Made by a program: the position numbers and the translations under genes. From positions 5,430,001 to 5,462,000 of the forward strand of contig NZ_CP042911.1 in assembly GCF_008065095.1 (NCBI RefSeq): a stretch of 32,000 bases of DNA, given 5' to 3'. How positions within the stretch are numbered: position 1 is the first letter of the stretch; each line of letters opens with the position of its first letter. Source of the stretch: Gemmata obscuriglobus. GTDB lineage: Bacteria > Planctomycetota > Planctomycetia > Gemmatales > Gemmataceae. Below, one piece after another: positions 16,124-24,643 of this stretch. The notes beneath the pieces were generated by a model that was not told where the DNA came from, did no database searches, and saw nothing but the letters and a program-made list of their open reading frames with translations.

Positions 16124-18016
16124 ATGGGCCACCGCAACCTCGCCGCCGCCGTCACCGACCTCGAACGCGCGGGCCGGCTCGTTCGCATCGAGCCGGAAAT
16201 CGATCCGTACCTCGAAGCGGCCGAGATACACCGGCGCGCGTACCAAGCCGGCGGCCCGGCGCTGCTGTTCACACGGGTGAAGGGGAGCCCGTTCCCGATG
16301 GTGTCGAACGTGTTCGGCACACTGGACCGGGCGAAGTTTCTATTCCGCGACGCGCTGGAAGACGTGCGCAAACTCGTGGAGCTGAAAACCGACCCGGCAG
16401 CCATCCGCAAACGCCCTTGGCGGTACTGGAACCTCCCGTTCCTCGGGTGGAGGCTGCGCCCCAAGTTCGTGCGCAGCGGACCTATTTTAGGACACACGAC
16501 ACGTCTTTCGCAACTGCCTCAACTGAAGTGCTGGCCGCTCGACGGCGGACCGTTCGTGACGCTCCCGCAGGTGTACACCGAGCACCCGGACACGCCCGGG
16601 TGGATGAAATCGAACCTTGGTATGTACCGGGTCCAATTCGGCGGGAACGAGTACGTCCCGGACCGCGAAGCGGGGCTGCACTACCAGATCCACCGCGGGA
16701 TCGGGGTTCACCACGCCGCGGCCGTGCGGCGCGGGGAGCGGTTGCGGGTGAACGTGATCGTGGGCGGGCCGCCGGCGCTGGCGGTGGCGGCGGTGATGCC
16801 GCTCCCCGAGGGCCTGCCGGAACTGGCGTTTGCCGCCGCACTCGGCGGCAGACGGCTGGAGCTGGTGCGCGGCAAACCGGTCCCCACGGCAGGGGACAAA
16901 CCGGGGGCGTCCGGCCTGCCGATGCCCGCGGAAGCGGATTTCGTCCTCTCGGGCTGGATCGACCCGACGCGCACGAAGCCGGAGGGGCCGTTCGGCGACC
17001 ACCTCGGCTACTACAGTCTCACCCACGACTTCCCGGTGATGACGGTGGAAACGGTGTACCACCGCCCCGGCGCCATCTGGCCGTTCACGGTGGTCGGCCG
17101 CCCGCCCCAGGAGGACACGACGTTCGGCGAGTTGATTCACGAGTTGACCGGTCCGGTGATCCCGACGGTGATGCCTGGTTTACACGCGGTCCACGCCGTC
17201 GACGCCGCCGGAGTACACCCGCTGCTCCTGGCGATCGGGTCCGAGCGATACGTTCCGTACGCCGAAACCCGACGACCGCAGGAGTTACTCACGCTCGCGA
17301 ACGCGGTCCTGGGCCAGGGCCAGCTCTCGCTGGCCAAATACCTGCTCATCGTGGCAAAAGAGGACGCCCCGGACCTCGACATCCACGACATCAGCGCCTT
17401 CCTGCGGCACCTGCTGGAGCGTTTCGATCCGGAAAGCGACCTGCACTTTCAAACCCGCACCACGGTAGACACGCTCGACTATTCGCCGGGGCTGGGGCTC
17501 AACGCGGGGTCGAAACTGGTGCTGGCCGCCGCGGGTCCGAAGCGGCGCGAGCTGGCAACCGCGACACCGCCGGGTTTGACGCTGCCGGACGGTTTCGCCG
17601 ACCCGTGTGTCGTGCTGCCGGGGGTTCTCGCGGTGAAAGGCCCGCCGATTCGGAAATCGGGCTCGCGGTGCCAGATCGACGACGCGGACGTGACGTGGCT
17701 CTGTTCGCAGCTCGCGCAACAGGAACCGCAACTCGCCGGCTTCCCGCTGATCGTGGTTGTTGACGACAGCGAGTTCGTAGCTCGCACGCTGAACAACTTC
17801 CTGTGGGCGGTGTTCACACGGTCGGACCCGGCAAACGACGTGTACGGGGTGGGGTCGTTCACCCACCGGAAGCACTGGGGCTGTCGCGGGCCGGTGGTGA
17901 TCGACGCGCGCTTGAAGCCGCACATGCCGCCCCCGCTCGAAGTGCCGCCGGAGGTGACACGGAAAGTAGACACGCTGTTCGCGAAGGGCGGGCCGCTGGC
18001 GGGTGTTGAGAAGTGA
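16124..18016 (+). CDS. UbiD-family (prenyl-FMN dependent) decarboxylase, long form. A role in menaquinone (futalosine-route) biosynthesis is possible.
   Basis: The 630-aa ORF contains LVRIEPEIDPYLEAAEIHRRAYQAGGPALLFTRVKGSPFPMVSNVFGT, NLGMYRVQ, HRGIGVHH and EGPFGDHLGYY, which are UbiD family hallmarks. The ~600-aa length resembles UbiD homologues of futalosine-pathway organisms, but that pathway assignment is an inference. No UbiX or UbiA partner lies in the window. Confidence 0.88.
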   Translation: MGHRNLAAAVTDLERAGRLVRIEPEIDPYLEAAEIHRRAYQAGGPALLFTRVKGSPFPMVSNVFGTLDRAKFLFRDALEDVRKLVELKTDPAAIRKRPWRYWNLPFLGWRLRPKFVRSGPILGHTTRLSQLPQLKCWPLDGGPFVTLPQVYTEHPDTPGWMKSNLGMYRVQFGGNEYVPDREAGLHYQIHRGIGVHHAAAVRRGERLRVNVIVGGPPALAVAAVMPLPEGLPELAFAAALGGRRLELVRGKPVPTAGDKPGASGLPMPAEADFVLSGWIDPTRTKPEGPFGDHLGYYSLTHDFPVMTVETVYHRPGAIWPFTVVGRPPQEDTTFGELIHELTGPVIPTVMPGLHAVHAVDAAGVHPLLLAIGSERYVPYAETRRPQELLTLANAVLGQGQLSLAKYLLIVAKEDAPDLDIHDISAFLRHLLERFDPESDLHFQTRTTVDTLDYSPGLGLNAGSKLVLAAAGPKRRELATATPPGLTLPDGFADPCVVLPGVLAVKGPPIRKSGSRCQIDDADVTWLCSQLAQQEPQLAGFPLIVVVDDSEFVARTLNNFLWAVFTRSDPANDVYGVGSFTHRKHWGCRGPVVIDARLKPHMPPPLEVPPEVTRKVDTLFAKGGPLAGVEK

Positions 18017-18035
18017 TCGAGTGCGACGGTGCTGC

Positions 18036-19604
18036 TCAGCGAATGATCTTGCACGCCGGCAGCGCCTGCTGAAGGGCGGCAACCGCCGCAGCGGTTATGC
18101 CGCCGGAGTCGGTCAGCTCCAGGATGCGCAGAGAGACAAGCGCCCGCAGATGCGCCAGCCCGCGGTCGGTGAGCCGCGGGCACGCTCGCAGGTACAGTTG
18201 CCGCACCCCCCGGAAGCCCTTCAGTAGCGCCACGCCCGCGTCGGTGACGCCCTCGCAATACGAGAGGTTCAGGTAAACCAGTGCGTCGAGCCCGGCGAGC
18301 CGCCCCAAGGCGCGGGTGTCGTCCTCGGTGGCTGCGGAGTTGATCGAGAACCGGTACAACTCGCCCGGCACTACCCGCACCTCGCCCGGCGTCGCCGCGA
18401 CGAGGCGCCACTCGGCGCCCCGGGTGATAGCGCGCGAGTACCACCGCCCGCGTGCGCCGATGTCCAGCGTTTGCGTGACGAGCGCGGCGGACGCGGAAAC
18501 CGATGAGCCGAGCACGTCCATCGTCTCGGTCGGCTCGTCGCGCGAGTCCTCCGCCGCCTTCGGGGCCGATGCTTGCGGCACGGTCTTCTTGCTGAGCAGC
18601 GTGCCGAGTACCCGCTCCCACGAGCCGGCGTCGCGGGGCCGGCGGGCCGGGTCCAGGGCCACGCTGCGGGCCGTCAGAGCCGCCAATTCGGACGGAACTT
18701 TCAACGCGCGGAGGGCGTCCAGCACGTCCGGACCGGGCAGCACGTTCAGGTCGCCGAACATCATCTGATACGCCAGCACGCCGATCGCGTACACGTCGTC
18801 GCGCGGGTCCGGCGGGCTGCCCAGGAACTGTTCCTGCGGCGCGTACCGCGCGCTGCCGACAGATTGAAGCATGGTCGGCACGCGGACGTTGAGGCCCGAG
18901 CCGGACGACTCCGCGGACTTGTCGGCGCGCCCGGCCTCGACCGCCATCCCGCCGATGCCGAAGTCCGTGATCCGCGGCACGGTCCCGGCCATCAACACAT
19001 TCTGGGGTTTCAGGTCCCGGTGAACCAGCGGCGGCCGCAGGTGGTGGAATTGCGCGAGCGCGCCGGTGACCGCGTGCAGCACCCGGACCGCGCGCCCGAG
19101 CCGCCGCGGGGGCGGCAGCGCCGCCCACTGCGCGACCGCCTCCGCCAGCGTCCCGCCCTCGACGTACTCGTACATCAGCCACGGGATGTCGCCGCTCAGG
19201 TTGCACTCCAACAGCGGCACGATGTTCGGGTGGTCGCCCCCGTACTTCATGACGCGCGCGACCACCGCCCGTTCGTGGTGGACCAGTTGGTGCTTGGCGA
19301 CCGGGTCGGTGCAGAACTTGACCGCAGCGGCCCCCTTGCGCTCGTGCCGGGCGAGCCACACCTCGCCGAACCCGCCTCCGCCGAGCCGGCGCTCCAGGGT
19401 CCACATTTCAAGGTTCGGGAGCTGGTCGCCGGGCGCGAACTTCGGGGGCGGGGTCTGGCGCGAGATGTCGTCCCGCGACTGCGCTTGCGTGTGTTCGTGG
19501 TCGCTGTGGCCCATGACGGTTCCCGGAAGATGGTGGTTAGGATACCGCCGCAGGACGAGAATTGGAACGGCGTCCGGGAGCCCGCGCGGGCGCGCCCCAC
19601 TCAA
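18036..19604 (-). CDS. Ser/Thr protein kinase (paralog A) with a C-terminal cysteine-type leucine-rich repeat domain and no TM helix
   Basis: Kinase motifs: LGGGGFGEVWLARH, AAVKFCTD, HPNIVPLLECNL, VHRDLKPQNVLMAG, ITDFGIGG and YAPQEQ. The C-terminus is LDALVYLNLSYCEGVTDAGVALLKGFRGVRQLYLRACPRLTDRGLAHLRALVSLRILELTDSGGITAAAVAALQQALPACKII, an RNI/AMN1-like LRR. An alternative ATG start lies at 19514 (MGHSDHEHTQ). Confidence 0.9.
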   Translation of the reverse strand: MSGARPRGLPDAVPILVLRRYPNHHLPGTVMGHSDHEHTQAQSRDDISRQTPPPKFAPGDQLPNLEMWTLERRLGGGGFGEVWLARHERKGAAAVKFCTDPVAKHQLVHHERAVVARVMKYGGDHPNIVPLLECNLSGDIPWLMYEYVEGGTLAEAVAQWAALPPPRRLGRAVRVLHAVTGALAQFHHLRPPLVHRDLKPQNVLMAGTVPRITDFGIGGMAVEAGRADKSAESSGSGLNVRVPTMLQSVGSARYAPQEQFLGSPPDPRDDVYAIGVLAYQMMFGDLNVLPGPDVLDALRALKVPSELAALTARSVALDPARRPRDAGSWERVLGTLLSKKTVPQASAPKAAEDSRDEPTETMDVLGSSVSASAALVTQTLDIGARGRWYSRAITRGAEWRLVAATPGEVRVVPGELYRFSINSAATEDDTRALGRLAGLDALVYLNLSYCEGVTDAGVALLKGFRGVRQLYLRACPRLTDRGLAHLRALVSLRILELTDSGGITAAAVAALQQALPACKIIR

Positions 19605-19638
19605 CCCCTCTCCCCAGAAAGAAACGTCGGAACGCGCG

Positions 19639-20784
19639 TCACCCGCGCCCGGCCGTCGCGAGGTACAGGAGCGCGCTCGCCAGCAGGAGCATCATCACGA
19701 GCAGCCCCAACAGGGGTTGCGCCCACCACCACCCGCCCGTGAAGTGGTGGGCGCGCAGAGCAGTGGTGAGCGCCGACTCGTCCGCCGCGACCAGTTCCCG
19801 CTCCGGGGCCGGCGGCACGACCGGCACCGCACCGAGTTCGGACACGCTCAGCGGAACCGCTTCGGAGGGCCTCTGCGCCCGTTGCATCAGTTCCGCCAGA
19901 GCCACCTCCCACTCGCCCGCGTCCTTCGGGCGCCGGTCCGGGTTCGTCGCCACGCTGCTCACGATCAAGGCCACCAGTTCACCCGGCACGCGCAACTGAC
20001 GCAGCTCGTCCTTGACATCGGGGCCGGGGGCAACGGTCACGTCGCCGACAAGGGCCTGATACGCTATCACCCCGAGCGCGTGAACGTCGTCGCGCGGGTC
20101 CGGAGGGCTGCCGAGCCGCTGCTCGACCGGAGCGTAATTGGCGCTACCCGCGGCCTGAAGCCCGGTCGGAACGCGGGCGGCGAGCGCGGTGCCGGCCGCT
20201 TCCACGTCCCGGGGCACGGGGACCCCGCCGATGCCGAAATCAATGATCCGCGGCACCTTCCCGCCGGCCATCAGCACGTTCTGCGGCTTCAGGTCGCGAT
20301 GAATCAACGGGGGGCGCAGCCGGTGGAACACCGCAAGGGCGCTGGCGAGAGCGTAGAGCGTGCGCACGGTGCGCCCCATGCGCTTCGTGAGTGGCAGGGA
20401 GCGCCACTGGGCGAGGGCGCTCGCGAGGGTGCCGCCCTCCACGAACTCGTACATCAGCCACGGCACGTCGCCGTCCAGGTTGCACTCCAGCAGCGGAACG
20501 ATGTTCGGGTGCGCGCCGGCGTAGCGCATCACGCGGAGCACCACGTTCTTTTCGTGGGTGACGAGCCGGAGCCGCGCGCCGGAATCGGTGCAAAACTTGA
20601 CCGCCCGGGGCGGTTCCTTCGCGTTCCAGGCGTGCCGGGCGAGCCACACCTCGCCGAACCCGCCAACCCCGAGCCGGCCTTCCAGCACCCAACTGCTCAA
20701 CCCGGGAACCGGTGCTCCGGCCGTGAGGGGAGCGGCGGCACCGTTCGAAGTTTGCTGGGGAACGCCTTCGGCACGCTCGCTCAT
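19639..20784 (-). CDS. Ser/Thr protein kinase (paralog B) ending in a single C-terminal TM helix (tail-anchored, no ectodomain)
   Basis: MSERAEGVPQQT...LGVGGFGEVWLARH, RAVKFCTD, HPNIVPLLECNLDGDVPWLMYEF, IHRDLKPQNVLMAGGKVPRIIDFGIGG. The protein ends ...GGWWWAQPLLGLLVMMLLLASALLYLATAGRG followed by the stop. The track ORF extends to 21444, but that extension overlaps the divergent gene and has no kinase similarity. The ATG at 20784 gives an N-terminal length comparable to paralogs A and C. Confidence 0.88.
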   Translation of the reverse strand: MSERAEGVPQQTSNGAAAPLTAGAPVPGLSSWVLEGRLGVGGFGEVWLARHAWNAKEPPRAVKFCTDSGARLRLVTHEKNVVLRVMRYAGAHPNIVPLLECNLDGDVPWLMYEFVEGGTLASALAQWRSLPLTKRMGRTVRTLYALASALAVFHRLRPPLIHRDLKPQNVLMAGGKVPRIIDFGIGGVPVPRDVEAAGTALAARVPTGLQAAGSANYAPVEQRLGSPPDPRDDVHALGVIAYQALVGDVTVAPGPDVKDELRQLRVPGELVALIVSSVATNPDRRPKDAGEWEVALAELMQRAQRPSEAVPLSVSELGAVPVVPPAPERELVAADESALTTALRAHHFTGGWWWAQPLLGLLVMMLLLASALLYLATAGRG

Positions 20785-20991
20785 GAAAGCTCGATCTCGG
20801 TGCGGGACCGCGACTCGATGTGAACGGGTAACGCCTGAATTGTATCCCCTGACCCGACCGTTCGGGAGCGCGACTTTCGCTCTCTCGGGGGTGCGGCGCA
20901 GGTAGCCGTCGGACGGCACGACAGCCCGTATACTCCTCTGGGGCACACGCGCGCCCGCACTTCTGACCTCGGCACAAGGAAGGGCCGACCG

Positions 20992-22440
20992 TTGCTTCAA
21001 TCCGTCCTCGTCGCGGCCACGCTGGCAACCGTCTGGGGCGTCTGGGCCGCCCGGAAACGGTTCCGCCCCAAAGCACGCGCCATGAAGCAGTACGCCCGCT
21101 CGCTCGTCGCGGACCCGGACGGTCACCGGGAACTCGACGAAGAGTACGAGCGGCGCTACGCGCTCCGGAACGCCGCCGAAGCCGCACCGTTGCTCACTCC
21201 GGCGGAACTGCCCGCCGCGATCGCCGATCTGCTTGACGCAGACCCGATCCGCTGCGACGCGGCCGAGATTCGCATCAAGAAGGTACTGGCGACGGCTGAA
21301 CCTCAGCTGCTCGCGGCCATCGACGCCCCCCGAGCCACCTGGGACAGAGACGAAAGCCAGGGCGTACCGACGGCCTCGGCCGAGCGGGTGGTCCGCCTGC
21401 TCGCCGAGCTCCCCTCGCGGGCACTGGGCGACCGCATCGGCCACCTGGTCGGTCGCCCCGAATGGTACGTCTCCAACCCCGCAATCAAAGCCCGCACCGC
21501 GCTGGGCCGCGCCGACCAGCTCCCCTTTGTGCTAGAGCAACTCGCCAAGCAGTCCCGACCGGCCCAAGAGGGGGTCGAACTGGCCATTGAGCAGGGCTGG
21601 GCGGAACCGGAGTTCCTCGACGGGATACGGGTATGGGCCGAGCGAACCGCCCTCGATCCCGCGCTGCCGTTCTCGTACTGGGCAGTCGGGTTCCACGCGC
21701 GGTACGGTGGGGCAGCCGCTCTCGAAGCCCTCAGCAGCCCGCAGGTACTGTCGGTTGCGAACGACCGAACCGTTCATGCCGCGCTCAAGCAACTGAACGA
21801 GCACGGCGTAAAACTCGATGCGAAAGTGGTGCGCCCGCTGCTCGATGCCGCGCTCACCCGCACGGCCATCTGGCCCTGGAACTGCACGTTCGGCCCGGCG
21901 CTGCGCGCGCTGGCGGCCACGGAGCCGGAGGCCGCCCTCCGCACTGCCGAAGAGTACCTCGATCGCCCCGACCACCCGTACCACCGCGAAGCGATCGACT
22001 TCGTTCGGGAGACAGCCGGACTACCCGCATCGGACGATCTCGAGCTACCGGTTGGGATGGAACTAACCGAAGGCGAACGGACGACCCTGGGGCACCTGAC
22101 CGACTGCCGGGTGCTCTACTGGGAGGTGTGCAACGGCGGACTCAGTCAGTACTTCTTCAACTCCGCCGGGGCCAATTGGCGCCGGCACGCGGCGGCGCTA
22201 CGGGCGATCGGGTTCGAGGCGGGGGCGGCGGCCCTCGAAGAAGCGGCGCGGGTGATCCACCCGGACGGCGCGAGTACCAACCGCGGCACACGCATCGCTC
22301 AGTACGCCGCCCTATCGGAGCGCCAGGAAAAGCGCCTGGACAAATTGAGCCCGCTGTTCTGGTCGGACGTGCCGCGGCTCCGGTTCATGTTGCGTCACCG
22401 GGAGCTCTTCGCCCGGCTTCGCGCGGCCCGGGAGCGGTAG
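20992..22440 (+). CDS. Membrane-anchored alpha-helical protein with a C-terminal DUF4375 / DMP19-like domain. Function unknown.
   Basis: The 482-aa ORF has very high GC3. An AAGGAAGGG lies about 8 nt upstream of the TTG start. The N-terminal hydrophobic helix is LQSVLVAATLATVWGVWAA. The C-terminal segment LYWEVCNGGLSQYFFNSAGANWRRHAAALRAIGFEAGAAALEEAARVI matches my recollection of the DUF4375 signature (..vnNGGf.Qyf.Ns.g......al..iGa......l..A). The central part is helical-repeat-like. Confidence 0.8.
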   Translation: MLQSVLVAATLATVWGVWAARKRFRPKARAMKQYARSLVADPDGHRELDEEYERRYALRNAAEAAPLLTPAELPAAIADLLDADPIRCDAAEIRIKKVLATAEPQLLAAIDAPRATWDRDESQGVPTASAERVVRLLAELPSRALGDRIGHLVGRPEWYVSNPAIKARTALGRADQLPFVLEQLAKQSRPAQEGVELAIEQGWAEPEFLDGIRVWAERTALDPALPFSYWAVGFHARYGGAAALEALSSPQVLSVANDRTVHAALKQLNEHGVKLDAKVVRPLLDAALTRTAIWPWNCTFGPALRALAATEPEAALRTAEEYLDRPDHPYHREAIDFVRETAGLPASDDLELPVGMELTEGERTTLGHLTDCRVLYWEVCNGGLSQYFFNSAGANWRRHAAALRAIGFEAGAAALEEAARVIHPDGASTNRGTRIAQYAALSERQEKRLDKLSPLFWSDVPRLRFMLRHRELFARLRAARER

Positions 22441-22454
22441 CTGTCTGTATTGCG

Positions 22455-24584
22455 TTACTCGGGTATCCAGCACACGCGAACCCCGATGTCTGGCCGCCGG
22501 GCCTCGGGCGAGTGCCAGTTGCGGTTCGCGGACCGGGCGTCGTGCGGCTGGTTGAACCACGAGCCGCCGCGCACCACCCGCGCGATCGTCCCGTCGTACT
22601 TGTTCTCACACCACTCCCACACGTTCCCGTGCATGTCGCACAGGCCCCACGGGTGCGGGTGCTGGCCCGCGTAGCTGCCGACCACAGCCGGGCGGTCCAA
22701 ATTCGGCCCTTTGGACGCGGTGCCGAAGGGCGCGGTGCCGTCCACGTTCGCCTGCGTCCCGTTCAACTCGCGGCCGAAGTGGAACGGATGCGAACCGGAA
22801 TCGGTGCCGCGACACGCGTACTCCCACATGTCCTCGGTCGGCAGCGCGAACCGGCCCCGGGCGCTCGCCCGCGCGGCGATCCCGTTGAGCCGCGCAACGA
22901 ACTCCTGGCACTCGTTCCACGTCACCCCCTCGACCGGGAACCGAATTGTATCGGCGCTCGAGCCGAGTTTGTCCGCGTGGCTCCTGCCGGGCCGGAAGTG
23001 GCTCGGCTGTGCGAACGGCGTGTCGGCCATCACCGCCGCCCATTCTGCCTGCGTCACCTCGTACCGCCCCAGCCAGAACCCCGGCGTGCGGAACCGGCCC
23101 CGCGTGTCTTCGGCCTCAGCACTGATGCGAAGCGGGCTCTGGTTGAACTGCTTGAGGACGGCCTCGCGCTCGGACGCGGGCGAACCGAGCTGGCGTTCGC
23201 CGGGTGGCACCCAGCAGAACGTCATTTCCGACCCGCCCGGCAGCGGCACCGCGCGCACCTCGCCGGGGTACGTGCCCGCGGTGCCGCGGAACCGCCCGGG
23301 GCCGCCCGAAACGACGTACACAACGCCCGCCACCAGCACCCCGAACACCAGCAGCGCCGCGACCGCCACCCAGGCGTTCGTCACCTGACGGACCCGGCCG
23401 CGGCCCGAAGAAACGGTCGGCCCCACGCGCCAGTTCGCTTTGATTCGGGACGCATCGGTCCGTTTCGACGGCACGGACGGTTCCGGCAGCGGTGCGGGCG
23501 GTTCTGGCAAAGAAGACGCCCGAAACGTTTCCGTGCGCGCGGCCAACGTGGCGGTTGACGGGGACACGTCAACCGTTTCGGGGGCCGGCGGGTCGTCGTG
23601 TTCAATGTCGGGGTGCGTTTTACACAGCAGCGCCCCGAGCGCATCTTCCCACTCCGTCGCGCTGTGCGGGCGGCTTTCGGGGTTGATCGACGCGCTGCGC
23701 AAAACCAGCTCGACGAGCACTTCGGGCGCGTGCAGCTTTCGGAGCTCGTAGGCCGCGTCTGTACCCGGCGCTGTGTTGATGTCGGCCGTCACGAGTTGGT
23801 AAGCGATGATCCCGAGCGCGTACACGTCGTCGCGCGGATGAGGCTCGCTGCCGAGCAACTGTTCCTGCGGGGCGTAGATGCGCGTCCCCGCTGCCCGCAG
23901 TTCCGATGGCAGGCGCGCCGCTACGGCCGTGGAGGACCCGAAATCGGTCTTGCCCGACGGGTGTAGTGCGATGCCGCCGATGCCGAAATCAGTGATCCGC
24001 GGCACCTTCCCGCCGGCCATCAGCACGTTGTGCGGCTTCAGGTCGCGGTGGACCAGCGGCGGGTCGAACCGGTGGCACGCGCCCAGCGCGGCCGTCAGCT
24101 CGTAGAGCGTCTGAACCGCGAGATCGATGCGCCGGCGCGGCGACATGCGACGCCACTTTGCGAGCGTGCTCGCGAGGGTGCCGCCCGGCACGAACTCGTA
24201 CATCAGCCACGGCACGTCGCCGTCCAGATTGCACTCCAACAGCGGCACGATGTTCGGGTGCTTGCCGGCGTACTTCATCACCCGGCGCACGACGTTTTGC
24301 TCGTGCGTCACGAGTTGGTGCCGCGCACCGGGGTCGGTACAGAACTTGACCGCACGCGGGGGCTGTTCGGCGTCCCAGGCGTGCCGGGCCAGCCACACCT
24401 CACCGAACCCGCCGCCGCCGAGTTTCTGCTCAAGTACCCAACTGTTGAGCCCCGGAACCGGGCTCCCGCTCGCGAACACTGGGAGCACACCAGGCGCTAA
24501 TCGGGGTGCGTCGAATGGGGTGCGCGCGCGGGTGGTGTTTTCGAAAGTACTGCTCATGGGCCGCTCGGGTGAGGGCGTAACCAC
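22455..24584 (-). CDS. Ser/Thr protein kinase (paralog C) with a TM helix and an extracytoplasmic FGE-sulfatase-fold (SUMF1/EgtB/PvdO-like) domain
   Basis: Kinase motifs: LGGGGFGEVWLARH, RAVKFCTD, HPNIVPLLECNLDGDVPWLMYEF, VHRDLKPHNVLMAGGKVPRITDFGIGG. The TM helix is AWVAVAALLVFGVLVAGVVYVV (about 23324-23393). The C-terminal part reads FWLGRYEVTQAEWAAVM...EGVTWNECQEFVARLN...LPTEDMWEYACRG...GLCDMHGNVWEWCEN...VVRGGSWFNQPHDARSANR, an FGE-sulfatase fold. The start is GTG 24584 or ATG 24557 (MSSTFENT). Confidence 0.92.
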   Translation of the reverse strand: MVTPSPERPMSSTFENTTRARTPFDAPRLAPGVLPVFASGSPVPGLNSWVLEQKLGGGGFGEVWLARHAWDAEQPPRAVKFCTDPGARHQLVTHEQNVVRRVMKYAGKHPNIVPLLECNLDGDVPWLMYEFVPGGTLASTLAKWRRMSPRRRIDLAVQTLYELTAALGACHRFDPPLVHRDLKPHNVLMAGGKVPRITDFGIGGIALHPSGKTDFGSSTAVAARLPSELRAAGTRIYAPQEQLLGSEPHPRDDVYALGIIAYQLVTADINTAPGTDAAYELRKLHAPEVLVELVLRSASINPESRPHSATEWEDALGALLCKTHPDIEHDDPPAPETVDVSPSTATLAARTETFRASSLPEPPAPLPEPSVPSKRTDASRIKANWRVGPTVSSGRGRVRQVTNAWVAVAALLVFGVLVAGVVYVVSGGPGRFRGTAGTYPGEVRAVPLPGGSEMTFCWVPPGERQLGSPASEREAVLKQFNQSPLRISAEAEDTRGRFRTPGFWLGRYEVTQAEWAAVMADTPFAQPSHFRPGRSHADKLGSSADTIRFPVEGVTWNECQEFVARLNGIAARASARGRFALPTEDMWEYACRGTDSGSHPFHFGRELNGTQANVDGTAPFGTASKGPNLDRPAVVGSYAGQHPHPWGLCDMHGNVWEWCENKYDGTIARVVRGGSWFNQPHDARSANRNWHSPEARRPDIGVRVCWIPE

Positions 24585-24643
24585 ACAAGCATCATCTAGA
24601 ACGCGATTGACTGCCCACGCGCGGGCCGGGACGAATCACGAAG

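Noticed and set aside
15808-19404. Long ORFs 15808..17763(+), 17285..18082(-) and 17479..19404(-) overlapping the UbiD and kinase A genes
   Set aside because: They are Arg/Pro/Gly-rich nonsense frames. The true frames have UbiD motifs (EGPFGDHLGYY) and kinase motifs (HRDLKP, DFG). There is no independent support for overlapping genes.
20785-21444. The 220-codon N-terminal extension of ORF 19639..21444 (kinase B)
   Set aside because: The extension has no similarity to the N-termini of paralogs A and C. It overlaps the well-supported divergent gene starting at 20992 and is Arg/Gly-rich. The ATG at 20784 (MSERAEG) gives a paralog-consistent N-terminus.
22455-23270. Calling the C-terminal domain of kinase C a functional formylglycine-generating enzyme or sulfatase maturase
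   Set aside because: Both catalytic Cys residues of the GGS.xC..SYC.RYR motif are missing; the segment reads GGSWFNQPHDARSANR. No sulfatase gene is nearby.
19066-23558. Plus-strand ORFs 19066..20823 (585 aa) and 21633..23558 (641 aa), and minus-strand ORF 20240..21187
   Set aside because: They are antisense or off-frame shadows of kinases A, B and C and the DUF4375-like gene, with low-complexity R/P/G/A composition.
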